Below, one piece after another: positions 12,041-24,985 of a stretch of DNA of 60,000 nucleotides. The notes beneath the pieces were generated by a model. The model worked only from the letters and a program-made list of their open reading frames with translations. It had not been told where the DNA came from and searched no databases. Made by a program: the position numbers and the translations under genes. The first letter of the stretch is position 1; every line of letters begins with the position of its first letter. The stretch lies in assembly GCF_009834535.1 (NCBI RefSeq), contig NC_045698.1, forward strand, positions 11,162,001 through 11,222,000. Reading direction: 5' to 3'. The stretch comes from Camelus ferus. Lineage: Eukaryota.

Positions 12041-12739
12041 TATTAAAACTAAACCATATGTGCCCGATATGCTTGGTGAGGAAGTGTTCGGTGTTGTGTA
12101 GTCCGCTGTGTCTTTTTGCAATGTCTGTTTCTTGTAGACACTAAAATTGAAGAGCTTTGGTTTCCTGAAAATTCTTAGCATAGTCACAGAGGTTCCCCAT
12201 TTTAATAATAAATGATATTGTCTTCCACCGCTTAAAAATATTTAGAAGTGAGAGTGAACGTTTCTTGAATAATCTGGTCCAGATACTGGTTTAATTTGTT
12301 AAGGAGAAGAAGCTGTGACTGAATGGTTCTTCAACAGCCTTTATTTTTCTGGATATAGCACTTGGATAAAGGCCACATTTCTAAGATAATTCCTTGAGGA
12401 TGTAGTCTGAGGGCCAAATTATTGTTTGTATCAGTCAGATATTTTCTTGGCTGAGTTGAAAATTAAAGGCTTTAATTAAGGCTGAATAAAAATCACCCTT
12501 TCTAAACCTTCCTGACCACCCGGAATCAAAACTGCCTCATCGTTAGAAAATTTCAGTGACCATTGCCCTCACTCACGGGGCTCTGCTTCCAGGGTTGTCC
12601 TCCAATATCTGCTCATCCTTCAGCTGTGTCTTCCAGGTCTCTAATCAGAGAACAAAGGGTCTTATGTCTTTAGAGGGGGAGATTCAGAGTTAAAGAAAAA
12701 CTCACATCACATACATCAATGTTGTCAATCAAACACAAA

Positions 12740-13100
12740 CAGAGCAGTGGTTATAGGGGTGAATGGATTCAAGAACCACTTAGGGCTTCATGGGGGCAGA
12801 ACTTTGTGGATGGATTGGATATCTGAATAAAGGAGAAGGCTCAAAGAGTATCCCCTGTTTCTCATGTGGATGATGGTTAGACAGGGGTGCCGTTCACCAA
12901 GTGGGGGATATGCTGCACCAGGAGCTCAATTTGGGGGCAAGATAGTGTGTTCCCGATTTGTTGACTCTGGGGTAACTATGCCCATATGGGGATGCCCAGT
13001 AGCCTTTCCAGTCCAAGCTGGGAAGGAAATCTGGGTCAGAGAGATCCGGGAGCTTCAGCCTGTAGTTGCAATCACTCAAGTGCATGCCGTTGGGCAAGGA
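12740..13100 (-). mobile_element. L2 fragment
   Basis: purine-rich antisense L2-like sequence: tggatggattggatatctg...ggggtgccgttcaccaagtggggga...ctgggtcagagagat. Confidence 0.6.
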
Positions 13101-13898
13101 AAGTGTTTCTTAGAGAATCACACTGTGAGTCCAGTGCCAGCCACCCTCCTGTCCTGATGCTCTGTATCCTGTGGCTGCTTTATAAACATTTGATGAAAAT
13201 GATGAAAAACTGATTGGCTTGTGGGGATACATTGTTTTCTCATTTCGGCTCCAAAGAAATGCCAAAACGTTTTTGTGGTGGGATACAGAGTGTATGGCGT
13301 GTGGTTGTGAGTGATATTAAGCATTGTTTACGTGTAGGGAGCTGAGGGAATTTGTGAATGAGTTTCAGAGATCCCACAGAGACAGGAAATTACATACAGA
13401 AATGGGTAGAGGAGACATAATTTTTTATCAGATTCTCAAAGAGTCGTGAAAATGGTTGAATAAATGTTATCCTGGAGGCAAATAACGGGAACAAAGGTCA
13501 TGTCAGAATAACTCAGAAAACCAGAAAAATCACCTCAACAGTGAAGGATCTTGGTTCCTCTGGGCTGTGCTTTTTCACCGTGTGCTGGTTGCGCAGCATC
13601 GGAGGAATCTGGGTCAGGAGTTTCATTGTGTGGCTTGGCAGCATCAAAGGCCAAAATATGATTAATTCTCCATGTGGATAATTTGGAAGTCTGAGGAATG
13701 TAGGGAGGATCAGGGGTAATTTTCAAAATCTGGCTACTTCTTCAGCCAGAGTATTCACTCCCTTGTTTACTACAGATGAGACAAGGGAGGCACTTTTGAG
13801 AATATTCAACAAAATATTGCTAGTTGCTTAATGTGGGAGTAGCACCCCTCCCGCACCTCCACTCCACACCCCCGGCCCCAACCCTTTTTGCTTTCCTC

Positions 13899-14945
13899 TT
13901 AAATAGATTTTATTTTTTGAGAGCAGCTTTAGGTTCACAGCAAAACTGAGAAAAATGTCCAGTGATTTCCCACATAACCTCTGCCCCCACGTACTCACAG
14001 CCTCCCTCATAGCAACACCCTCCACCAGAGTGGTGCAGGCATTACCACTGATGAACCTGGACCGACACGTCATGGTCACTCAGAGTCCACTGTTCACATT
14101 AGGGTTCACTCTTAGTGTTGTACATTCTAGGGGGTTTGACAGATGTCTGGTGACAGGTACCCACAGTTGTAGTGTCACACAGAACAGTTTCCCTGCCCTA
14201 GAAAACCCACGGTGCGCCATACCTTCATCCCTCGCTCCCCACTAACCCCTGGCAACTGCTGATCTTTTGACTGTCTCCATAGTGTTGTCTTTTCCAGAAT
14301 GTGAGATACTGTAGTTGGGATGATACCGTATGTACCCTTTTCAGATTGGCTTCTCTCACTCAGTAATAGGCATTTAAGTCTCCTCCATGTCTTTTTAAAA
14401 AAATTATTTATTGAAGTGTAGTTAATTTACAGTGTTAGTTTCAGGGCAAGTTTTGTCCATGTCTTTTCATGGATTGATAGTGCATTGCTTTTTAACACCG
14501 AATAATAGCCCATTGTCTGGGTGGACCTCAGTTTATTTATCCATTGACTTACTGAAGAGCATCTTGGCTGCTTCCAAGTTTTGGCAATTATGAATAAACA
14601 TCCATTTGCAGGTTTTTGTGTGGAAGTAAGTTTTCAGCTCATTTGGGTAAGTCTCAAGGAATGTGATTGCTGGATCATATGGTAAGAGTATTTAGTTCTG
14701 GAAGAAACCACCTGGTTGCCTTCCAAAGTGGCTGCACCATTTTGCACTCCCACCGGCAAGGAGCCGGACTTCCTGTTGTTCCACATCCTTGCTAGCATTT
14801 GGTGTTTTCAGTGTTCTCGATTTTGGCTGTTCTAATACCTGTGTAGTGACATTTTACCATTGTTTTAATTTGCATTCCCCTGATGACCTAGGATGTGGAG
14901 CATCTTTTTATATGCATCTTTTCCATCTCTGTAACTTCTTTGGAG
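13899..14945 (-). mobile_element. L1MC1-like LINE 3' UTR / ORF2 end
   Basis: agcagctttaggttcacagcaaaactgag...ttccaaagtggctgcaccattttgcactccc...gatgtggagcatctttt. Confidence 0.9.
14396..14455 (-). mobile_element. Extremely truncated younger L1 3' end nested in L1MC
   Basis: tttattgaagtgtagttaatttacagtgttagtttcagg; 12-bp TSD tccatgtctttt at 14384-14395 and 14456-14467. Confidence 0.8.
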
Positions 14946-17410
14946 ACCAGCATTTTTAACAAGATATCAAATGATGAGTTTTGACTGAGGCATGAAAACA
15001 CAGTACATATGATGCCCCAAAGACTCCAGACCGAATACAGATTTTTTTTTAGTAAAATTTCGAAAACCAGTTTTATAATGCTTGAATCACTCACTACGTG
15101 CATAGGGGATAAAAAGAGTTGAGTTATGAAGATGAAAAGAGAAAATATGAAAGCAGATATCTTTAGAGAGAATTGTTGGTGTTACGTGGGCCTCCTCCCC
15201 CTACCCAGAGAGGACAGGAGGGGTGCCTGCCCTTCCCTTTAAGGCCATTTAAGAGATGAAGGTCTGTATTCTCCTTGGAAAATCCTCTTGGCGAGCTACT
15301 TCAGTGTGCAGAGCAAAGTGAATGTATGGGGAAGAAGATGCTGGAGTATTTCCTAAGGATGTGAGGACCCCATGAGCAAGAGATAAGGTCTTAGATGCTG
15401 TCAAATAGGTGCCCCTGGGGTTGACTAGCTCTGGCGAAGGGAAGCTGGGGGTATCATTGGACCTTGGGTTGCAGAAGGAGTATGTGGCCAGCTTGACACT
15501 CTCCCATTTCAAGGGACCTGCTGTGAGAGATAATGAGCTATGGTGAGGAGTAGCCCATAGAATCCAGAAAAATGGATTAAATGTTAGCCGAGCCCAGGCT
15601 CCATCTGTGCCAGTCAAGTGAGGTCTCTTCTGCTCATCTTGTTCCTCCTCCACATAGAAGTCAGTTCCCTGAGTTTTTATCCAGGAGTAGGGGGGAAGTT
15701 TCCCTTTATTGAATACATTATAAAGGAGTAGTGGAGGACCGAAATACTTTGTGAGTCTTGCTTATTCAGTGTGCTGTTACCTATGGAAAAGGTGGCACAA
15801 TAGGAAAACCAGTTTGAAGGTTGTAACTGTCTACAGGAAACAACTCTTCATAGGGTATGTTTCTGAGAACACGATTTTCTCTTAGAAGCAAGTCCCTACT
15901 ATTCTATTCTTTATCTGCTAATAGCACATAGAAAGACCCCAGGTTATGCATTTCAGTGGGTTTGCTATTAGAAAATTCAAGCAAAGACAAATATCTTCAG
16001 GGAGTAAACTGAAGATGCCAGTCACCCCCTTCGGTGTCTTACACAACATAATTGCATTGAGAGGATTGGAGGATGTAGAATAATAGGTTTTTGCTAAATC
16101 CTAGGACAGAAATCAACAGATTCAAGTTGACATTGAAAGTCAAGTTTTTAAGAAATTACTGGCATTCATGGGTTCAGAATATTAATGGCAAATGTGCTCA
16201 GGGAACCTAATACTCTCTCTTCCATGCACCCTGGCAGGGCCCTCTATTTAAATCTGTTTAAATGCATCAACTCTGATTATGAAAGGCCCCACACAGGCCG
16301 CTTGCACTTGGAGGGGCTGGTGGGGCGCAGTGGGTCAGTGACATTGTGTTGGTATGATTCCAGCAGAAATGCGGGGCAAATCAGTGTGTTTGCTTACTTG
16401 TGGGTTTACACAAACTCCGAAAGCGTGTTTGGGTAGTTCTTCTGTACAGATTTAGAGACAGCATATATTAGAGGAGCCAGTGAAAAATGTTGATGGAGGA
16501 GAAAATAAAAATGTATTCTTATGAATGGTAGACAGAAGAAAAAATTCTGGAGGATAAATCGGAGGAAAAAGCACATACAATTTTTATTAGCTTACAGAAC
16601 TCAAATGATTTGCAGATGTTCAGCTGAGCGTTTCACATAAAACATACTTATATACCTGGGCTTTTTTCCCCCTCACTTATTTTAATAGCTGAAGCATCTT
16701 TCTCTTGTGAACAATTTATTCTAATGGCAATAAAAATGCAACAGCACCACCTCATTATACCCAACAGCAAATGACTTGCACTGCATCTTAGCTGGCTTTG
16801 TAGGGTTGAGCTCTGATGACTGATGGCAACCCCTGCTAACCAGGCACTTGGATGAGTGACGTTGTAGACAGGGAACCATAGAAAAATAGCCCAGCTCTTA
16901 GAGTGGTACTCAGCTTTCATGTTTCTCCTGACCCACACACTACCATAAAGTTCAGAACAAGGATGTCAGGCAATCTTTGAATTTCACAGAAGGGTTTTTG
17001 TAAGCTGAGTCGTTCTTGCTGGTCTACATAATACTTTGTTTACCTGCTACCTTTTTTTAAGTTGACTGTGAGTCATCTGTACCTTTACCATTTGGGCTGT
17101 GATGCGTTTGTCCACCATAAATCTATTGTTGAGGGAGACAGACTGGGGACTCTTGGTGTCCCAAAAGACAGATTTTATCAGATACTCTACACTTATTTTT
17201 TGAAGGTGTGGGCGGCTGCCCCTCCTCCAGTTTATCTCTGCCTTGGAGCATTCATGAAAGGAGGCCATCTTTCCAATATACATCTCCTAGGCTTTCTTTT
17301 GCAAATTGAAGAATATTATGTAAATAATATTTTAATTATTTTATAAAACAGTGGCATTTTTCATATGACTCAAAGTATTCTTTAAATTCATTAAAAAAAT
17401 AGTTTAACAC

Positions 17411-18053
17411 TTAGAACTACCATATGATCCAGCAGTTCCACTCCTGGGTATATACCTGAAGAAAACAAAAGTACTACTTCAGAAAGATAACATGCACCTC
17501 GGTGTTCACAGCAGGAGCATTATTTACAGTAGTTAAGATATGGAAGCAACCTAAGTGTCCCATCGACAGATGAATGGATAAAGAAGATGTGGTGTGTGTG
17601 TGTGTATATATATGTACATACTATGGAATATTACTCAGTCATAAAAAAGAATGAAATTCTGCCATTTGTAACCATGTGTAGAGGCCGAGTATTATGCTTA
17701 GTGAAATAAGAGAAACACGTTATCACTTATATGTGGAATCTAAAAAATGAAGCAAATGAATATATATATTGAAATGAAAACAGATTCACAGACATGGAGA
17801 ACAAACTAGTGATTACCAGTGGGGAGAGGGAGGGAGGGAGGGGCAAGATAGAGCTAGAGGATTAAGAGACAGAAACTATATAAATAATAGATAAGCAACA
17901 AGAATGTATTGTACAGGGAAATATAGCCACTGTTTTGTAATAACTTTAGATAGAATATAATCTATAAAAGTACTACATCTCTATGCCAGGCACCAGAAAC
18001 TAATATAATATTGTAACTCAAGTACACATCAATAAAACAAAATTTTAAAAAAT
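17411..18053 (+). mobile_element. 5'-truncated L1 (ORF2 end, 3' UTR, A-rich tail)
   Basis: agaactaccatatgatccagcagttccactcctgggtatatacc...gatgaatggataaagaagatgtgg; TSD aaaaatagtt(t)aacac at 17395-17410 and 18054-18068. Confidence 0.92.
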
Positions 18054-18869
18054 AAAAATAGTTAACACAATTCTTGACAAGGATCCTTCATTTTACTCTG
18101 TTTATGGGTTTTCAGGAAATACATGGTTGGGTGAAAATCTGATTTCCTAATTGTCCCTTTTACCATTGTTTCACGGTAATAGCTTTTTCAGAATGACTTG
18201 ATTATCCATTTTTCCCCGGGTAAAGATAGAATAAACCATGGAAGAACTAGTTTGAGGGAGATGGGACTCCCTGAATAGAGCACTTTGCCTTAATTGACAG
18301 GGAGATACCACTAAAAAGGTCATGAATCAGGGTCAATGTTAACTTGCTTTTCTTGTCCTTCTAATCAAGTATCTGTTTCACTAAAGGGACCCTTTTTAAA
18401 ACAAAGTGCCCAAAGTATATTTCACTGATTGGTTATATGGTCCTTTTGAAGGGCAACGTGTTATTGTAAATCAAAATTTTAAATTTGCTAAGTGTCTTTT
18501 ACTGAGCCATTTTGCCTCAGAATCTGACCTGCAGGAAGACTTGTTCCAAGTTTTTTTTTTCCCCCCCAAGCACACGGGACTAAGTCCAGATGTTTCTTCC
18601 TAGGACTCAGTCTCATCTCCCAGGGGGTAATCTCCTGCCTGCCTCTCTGACCCCCTGCCCTCCAGCCTCTACCAATGAGGCAAGGCAGCCCTGAGCAGCT
18701 CTCCAAGGCTCAGGGTAAAATTCTGTTTGGTGGTAGGAGAAAAAGAATGAAAGTAAAATGTTTTTTGGTGACATTTCCCGTGGGCTCATCAAGTTGTGAG
18801 ATTTTGTGTCCCTTGCCTTATGTCCCTCCTTCTCTATCTGTGTGTGTGTGAGTGTGTGTGCGCTCACAT

Positions 18870-19410
18870 GTGAGTATGCATCTGCAGATACATTTTCATT
18901 TTGGCTCAACTATTTGCAAATAAAGTGCAGCTCTAATAACACCTCACTCCCAAATACTCCAGCACGAGAGTCTCGAGTCTTGTAGAAAGAAAGCCATTCT
19001 CTTACATAATCACAATGCCAGTATCTCACCCATACTGTTTGTATTCAAATGTAGAGTTTATTTTGCTTTTCATTTCTTGGGAGGATTGAATTGTATTTTT
19101 TAATATGGGAAACCGTTGAAAGGTTTAAAAGTCAAAACTGTATGTATATCGAAAGGTGTAGGCAGAGAAGCACTGTTCCCTTCCCCTTCCTTTGCCCCCA
19201 CCGTCCCCCGCCCCAAGCATCCCTCTGGGAAGCCATTTTTACTACTTTCCAGGCTACCCTTCCTCTGTTTCTTTTTGCACGAATAAGTGTGTGAGTGGGG
19301 ATTTCCTTTCTTCTGTCTTAACACAGAAGGCAGTCTGCTTTTAGATGCAGCTTTTTTTTTTTTAACCTAATATATCCTGATTATATTTCCTTGTAAGTTC
19401 CTAGAGATCT
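18870..19410 (-). mobile_element. Old L1M (L1MC4/5- and L1ME-like) fragments
   Basis: ccaaatactccagca...cattctcttacataatcacaatgcca; degraded. Confidence 0.5.
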
Positions 19411-20469
19411 TTGTCTAAATGAGGACTCATTAGTTGACAGGTAACGTTCTTTAAGAAACCGTATCCTGAATTAAACATCAGAATTGATACATCATTATAC
19501 TTTATACCAGTGACCTTGCTTTATTTAAGTGTTTTTAAAGAAAAAAATTGCAATCTTTAAATATTTATCTTCAGTGAATACTATAACAGTATGGTTCTTT
19601 GTATATTTCCAAATAACTTTCATGCAGACTTTTTTCATTGGCTTTCATGTAACTGTATATGGCATTAAGTGAATGTATCCACATTTTCTTGATTATCCCA
19701 CTTAACTGGTTAATAAATGCAGGTCCGGGAGGCATAGGAAACTTTTCTGCCATCACCCATCAGACCTTCCTATGAATGTTCTACAACCCTGCAATGACAA
19801 ATTATTTTAGCTACAATTTTAGCACATTCTGTGATATTTTTTTCCAATATAATTACTGTAACTGTCTACCCTGGGGAGTATGATCATGTATTTCATACAC
19901 TTAAGCCTATAACTGTCATTATTCCTTTGGCACAATTTCAACATTTGTGAAGAGCAAGAAATTTCAAACTTCTATGTTTTTTTTCCCCTAAATCATAAAT
20001 GGTTCTTTGTGATGTCAGTAGGCATGGAGCAGAGGAGAGATAAACTTCAGAATCCATCAGACCTTTTGCATATTTTGACAAATCTCAAATGTTCCAAACT
20101 GCGAATTCCTTTTCTGCTTTTTAAATCATGAGATAGACTAAAACACGAACAAGGTTACTCTGTTTTATGTTAATGTCCCCATGATTTTTATGCCCCTTTA
20201 TGCAAACAGGAGAGGTGATTTGCTTCCAGAATACAGAAGAACTGGTTTCCTGAGCTAGAGACAGCTTGGGGACCGGTGCAGAGAAGGAGATGACCTACCA
20301 GCTGCCCTTTGCATGCTGAAGGAAAATTTGAGGTTCCTAAGCAGTGAAAGTCTAAATATAGGTTTAATGGATGACCATTTGTGAGTAATACAGAGGAGAG
20401 TTGGCCTTAGAAGAGAGATATTTTCTTCCAGTGTTTCCAAAAGGAAATCAACAACCCCACTTTGGTCCA

Positions 20470-20720
20470 ACAACTATTTATACTGTTTTTAATATGTAAC
20501 AGGCTTCGAGCTAGGCACTGGGGGTAAACTGATGAATAAGGCACATTCCCTACTTTTAAGACCAGTCTAGCAAGGACTAAATTATTTACTGTGGTTTGTA
20601 TCTTCACGACACTGGAAATGTGCAGGGAGAAACTGCTGGTGGGTCGGTGGGAATTTGACAAGCAGGGGTCTGGTGATCAGTGAGATGCACAGAAAGGTGA
20701 AGAGCAAAATGTCAAGCTCC
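20470..20720 (-). mobile_element. L2 3' fragment
   Basis: caacaactatttatactg...gctaggcactgggggtaaactgatgaataaggcacattccctac. Confidence 0.65.
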
Positions 20721-21150
20721 CTCAGAAGGCTAGTCGGTGATGAGGGTTGGTTATTGGGCCACTGAGCTGTCAGTGAGGTATCTATTTCTTTTAAAGTCTT
20801 CCAACTGTTTGGAAATGGTTCTCAAAACGAATTAGGCCTAGGAAACAAATGTACTTGGCCTGCCAAATCTGCATTACTCTGTCCTCTGTCAGCAGTTAGA
20901 CTGCCCTTGTTCCTCCAGACATGCTTCTATTTCAGTCGGTCAAGGAACCCTCCTCACATGAGTACTCACTGGAAAGATGCTGAAGTTGTTGTATGTGACA
21001 GTCAAAGCGTCCTTTTAAGAGTTAATTATTCCTTGAGCCCGTCTTTGACCATGACTGTTTTCATTATTGGTTTGATTTTGCAGTTGCTTATCTAGTATGT
21101 TGTTAAGGCATCTGATAATGCCAGCTCACCCATTTTGGGGTGTAATCTCT

Positions 21151-21186
21151 CACACACACATGCACACACACACACACACACACACC
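21151..21186. repeat. (CA)n microsatellite, interrupted
   Basis: directly visible. Confidence 0.95.
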
Positions 21187-22742
21187 CACCCACCCCATCC
21201 CTCTACACATACCTTAGATGCCACCAAAAATAAACAGGAAAGATACATTATATTTCCTTTAAGTTTGGGGCCTAGGCTTATACTCATGGGTAATTTCAGA
21301 GTAGGATGGAGATACAGAAGTTGCCTGTGAGTAGGGAAATTAAACAGCCCAGTGGAAGTCACTTCTAGCCTTGAAACACTCATGATGCCTCTTAATTGCT
21401 TAAAAGCACAGAGAAGTGTCCTGTTAACTACTCAGCAGAATTCGCCTTCCTCCATGAATCATGTGAACTTTACCTTCATCTGACCTTGTTCGCTTTAGCC
21501 CATCGTATTTCTTATTTGTTCATTTTTTGATTCAGTGGGTCATTATATATCCCCTTCAATGTGCCAAGGTAAAATCTCCCGACACTTTACTATGAGGATA
21601 TTGAGATTTTCTGTATCTAGCGGAGGAAAGAAAAGGATCTTCCTGGTGACATTGCTCCCACATTCTGCACATCTTTTATAGACAGGTGGTATCTCCCCAC
21701 CTGACTGTTTCTGAGACATACGGGAATAACCTTAGAGAAATTAGGAAGACAAGTTTATTTCTCCTGTGCAGTGCCTCTCTGCTCGCACTGATTCCAGTAT
21801 TTCTCATCACACATTATCCTTATTCTCATCATCATGGTTCAGGTACCAGTCCTACCTGTCACCAGTTCAGTCCATAAACCTTTATTGAACACTGGCCCTG
21901 CGCTAGACACTCCACTAGCTTCTTTTGACCCTCATTAAACAATAGACTATCTTATGAGGCGGTATAATGTTTTATTGGCAGATATATTAGTTTATAATTT
22001 AGAAAGGGAAACTAGGAGCAATGGAGTAATGGAACTGACTGCCCCAGGACTGGGGATTCTACATGAATGGGGTAGACAGTCCCTCTTGGACACTAGGGTC
22101 TACTGATGGCATTAGCAGCTAGATAAGGAACACCCCCTCCCACCAAAAAAAATCCCACAGTGTGATGAGGAGCTTCTGCCCAATGTCTTTTTTATTTATT
22201 ATCATCTCTAGTATTTCTCCAGTGTTATTCCCTCATATTTGGTGAGGATTGCAGACATGGTGTTAACACACCAGCATTTGAAACTTACACACCCCAAAAT
22301 ACAGATTAAATTGAATAACAGCGCTATAGAGGGGTAACAGTATATTTTCATATGATTGTCATTTTCTTCAGCTGAATGTTACTGTGGTTTTGCTTTTTTT
22401 AAAAATTTTTAATGATTTGACCCTCAATTTTCCCCTTTATTTATTGCTGACAGAATTAGTTGATGCCTTGTCCACAAATTAACACATATTCTTTGAATGG
22501 TTAAGGTCTGGCATCATGATAAGAGATGCTGCGGCTAAAGTATATGTTGGTTTTAATATCTCTGGAGCCTGATTGCAAAGACAAAGTTTACCGTCATAAA
22601 AATATGTGGGAAAAAGTGTGCTGGTCATCATTAGAACAGCAGTTCAAAGAAGAAAAAGATACACAAGAGCTTCAGGAACTAGAGGGATCTTGCAGGGGGA
22701 AGGAGTGTAGCTGGTCCGTGAGTGCTGGGTGGGGTTTAGATC

Positions 22743-23068
22743 TGCACTGTCCCCCATGGCAGCTACTAGTCACATGTGGCCACTGAGCCCTGGCAACATG
22801 GCTGGTTTGAATCAAGACGTGCTGTAAGTGGGAAACACACACTGGACTTTGAAAACTTAGTATGAAGACAAGTGTAAAATATCTCCTTCCTATATTACAT
22901 CAATTACATATTGAAATCATAGCATTATTGATATATTACATTAAATACAACATATTAATATTTGTTTTACCTTTTTCTTTTACTTTTTAAATACAACTTC
23001 TAGAATGTTTAAAATGGCATATAAGGTGGGCAGTTTGGCTGGCTTCGTCTTTCTACTGGATAGATGCC
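22743..23068 (+). mobile_element. MER33-like hAT-Charlie element
   Basis: gcactgtccc...gctactagtcacatgtggccactgagc...gtgctgtaagtgggaaacacacactggactttgaaaacttagtatga. Confidence 0.8.
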
Positions 23069-23069
23069 T

Positions 23070-23390
23070 ACAGAGAGAGGTGGGGGCTTTGCAAGTTGAA
23101 TGGGGTGGAGGGGCTGGGAATGGGGATGCGGGTGGACAGAGTCCCGTGGTGTGAGGATGTGATCATGAGTCGAGTCGAAAGCCAGAAGAAAGAAGCTTTT
23201 GAACATACGGTAGTTGACACACTGAGCTTTTTGGGAGAGTGGGAAATCCAGGGGTACTGTGCCAGTGGGCATGGTCCAGCCGATTAGACATGCTGTTGGC
23301 CTGGAGGAGAGATTTAGATCAGCGATATGGATTTGGAGACATCATCTTGCACTTAAAATTCTGGAGGTACCCGAGGTTTCCAGAGGGAAG
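23070..23390 (-). mobile_element. L2 fragment
   Basis: ggcctggaggagagatttagatcagcgatatggatttggagacatcatc. Confidence 0.55.
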
Positions 23391-24199
23391 AGGGGCCTCG
23401 GGGTGGACCTCCAGGGCCTGGTTTATGAGCTCCTTATGGGGGCTTTGCATCTGCTCTCCTGGGCCTCCTCAGGTTTGCATTCTGGGGGTGAATGTTTAAA
23501 GAAAATTAAGAAAACTTATCACCTCCTGGGAAGTGTTCCTCTTCCATTTAGTTCCTAAGGACTGGAGGGGACTATGTGAATGTTTGGGGAGGAATGTCTG
23601 GCAGTTTGGTGCAGAGGCTGGGGTAAGCGGGGACCCAGGAGAGATGAGTGAAGGGCCGAGGGGCAGCAGCGAAGAGGGTGTGCCATCAGGCAGTGCGGGC
23701 TGGTTCCCTGGCCCCGGCTCCTAGGCCTACGGGAGGTTGGGTGTGGGCTGGTCCTAGTGAGCGGATCAGGAAGACAGACACTGACAAACTGGGAAGCATC
23801 TTGGCCAGGCATTTAAATTTTCTGTTTAACCACGAAAGGATGCTGGGAGTTTTTCTCCTAAGTCAACAATAGACCATCTTATGAAGCAGTCTGATATTTT
23901 ATTAATTAATGCATTAGCTTATAATGTAGAAAGGGAAATTAGGAGCAGGGAAGACTGAATCTGAACGCCCCCTGAAGTTAATAAACTATGGTTTTGAAGG
24001 GTAGAACCAAGAACGTTTTGAACAATGATGCTTTGGAACACAGAAAGCCTCCAAAGGCGTACTCCTTGAAGGACAAACTCATGTTGATGTCTGTGTTCTG
24101 GAATGTACATTAAAAATTCATCCTAATTATTACTTCATTGACATACCTCATTAACAACAGTGGAAGTGATAATCGCCAACATTCATCAAACAGAGCTCG

Positions 24200-24440
24200 A
24201 AGGCGCTGTGTGGTGCGCGGTGCCCTCCATCTGCCTGTGTTCGTACGTAGGTGGCTAACCACCGGCATTTTGCTTAACCTCTCTGTTCCTCAGTCTCCTC
24301 ATCTATAAAATGGGTGTGAGAACTGCATCCACCTTGTAGGAATGTTTCAGGCACTAAATGAGTTAATACATAACGGACAGAGAGCACTTAGAATAATTTC
24401 TGGGACCTCGTACTCGTAGGAGTTTGACGGATGTTAGTGA
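24200..24440 (+). mobile_element. MIR SINE
   Basis: core tgcttaacctctctgttcctcagtctcctcatctataaaatggg...taaatgagttaataca. Confidence 0.85.
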
Positions 24441-24599
24441 TTAGTTCACAGAAGGCTCCCAGTGACTTCTTGGCCTCTCATATAAAGAGGAGACAGTTTT
24501 GTGTTGAAGAAGTGAAGTCAGAAGCTGGTAAGTAAGTTTTAGCACCAGTATTCAACGCAGACTTAGCCAGAATCTCAAAAAACTTGTGCCCTAAACTTC

Positions 24600-24985
24600 C
24601 CTGAATCAGTAAACTACAGCCTGCCGGCCACATGCTGCCTATTCTCTGCCTTTGTAAGGCCCGAAAGCTCTGGATGATTTTTATGGATGGACAGTGCCAT
24701 TGAATTGATGATGGGAAACACTACTTTTGAACCCCGATTAAGGGAAATATCATATGAATCCCCCGCAAATAATTACAATCTCTCATTAGTAAATTCATAT
24801 TCTGCAAGTGATTGTACTCAGTGAGAATTTTTGTATTTAGGATTTGGTAGATAAAAGAAATGTGGAAATGTGTTTTTTCTTTTGTTTTGTAAGTATCTAC
24901 ATAGTGACCTTGATTTTGACACCAGACCTACAAAGCGGAAAAGACTCCTCTCTGGCCCTTTCCAGGAGACGTTGCTGGATGCCGC
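24600..24985. mobile_element. MER58/Cheshire-like hAT-Charlie element
   Basis: ends cagtaaactacagcctgccggcca... and ...ctctggccctttccaggagacgttgctgga. Confidence 0.6.
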
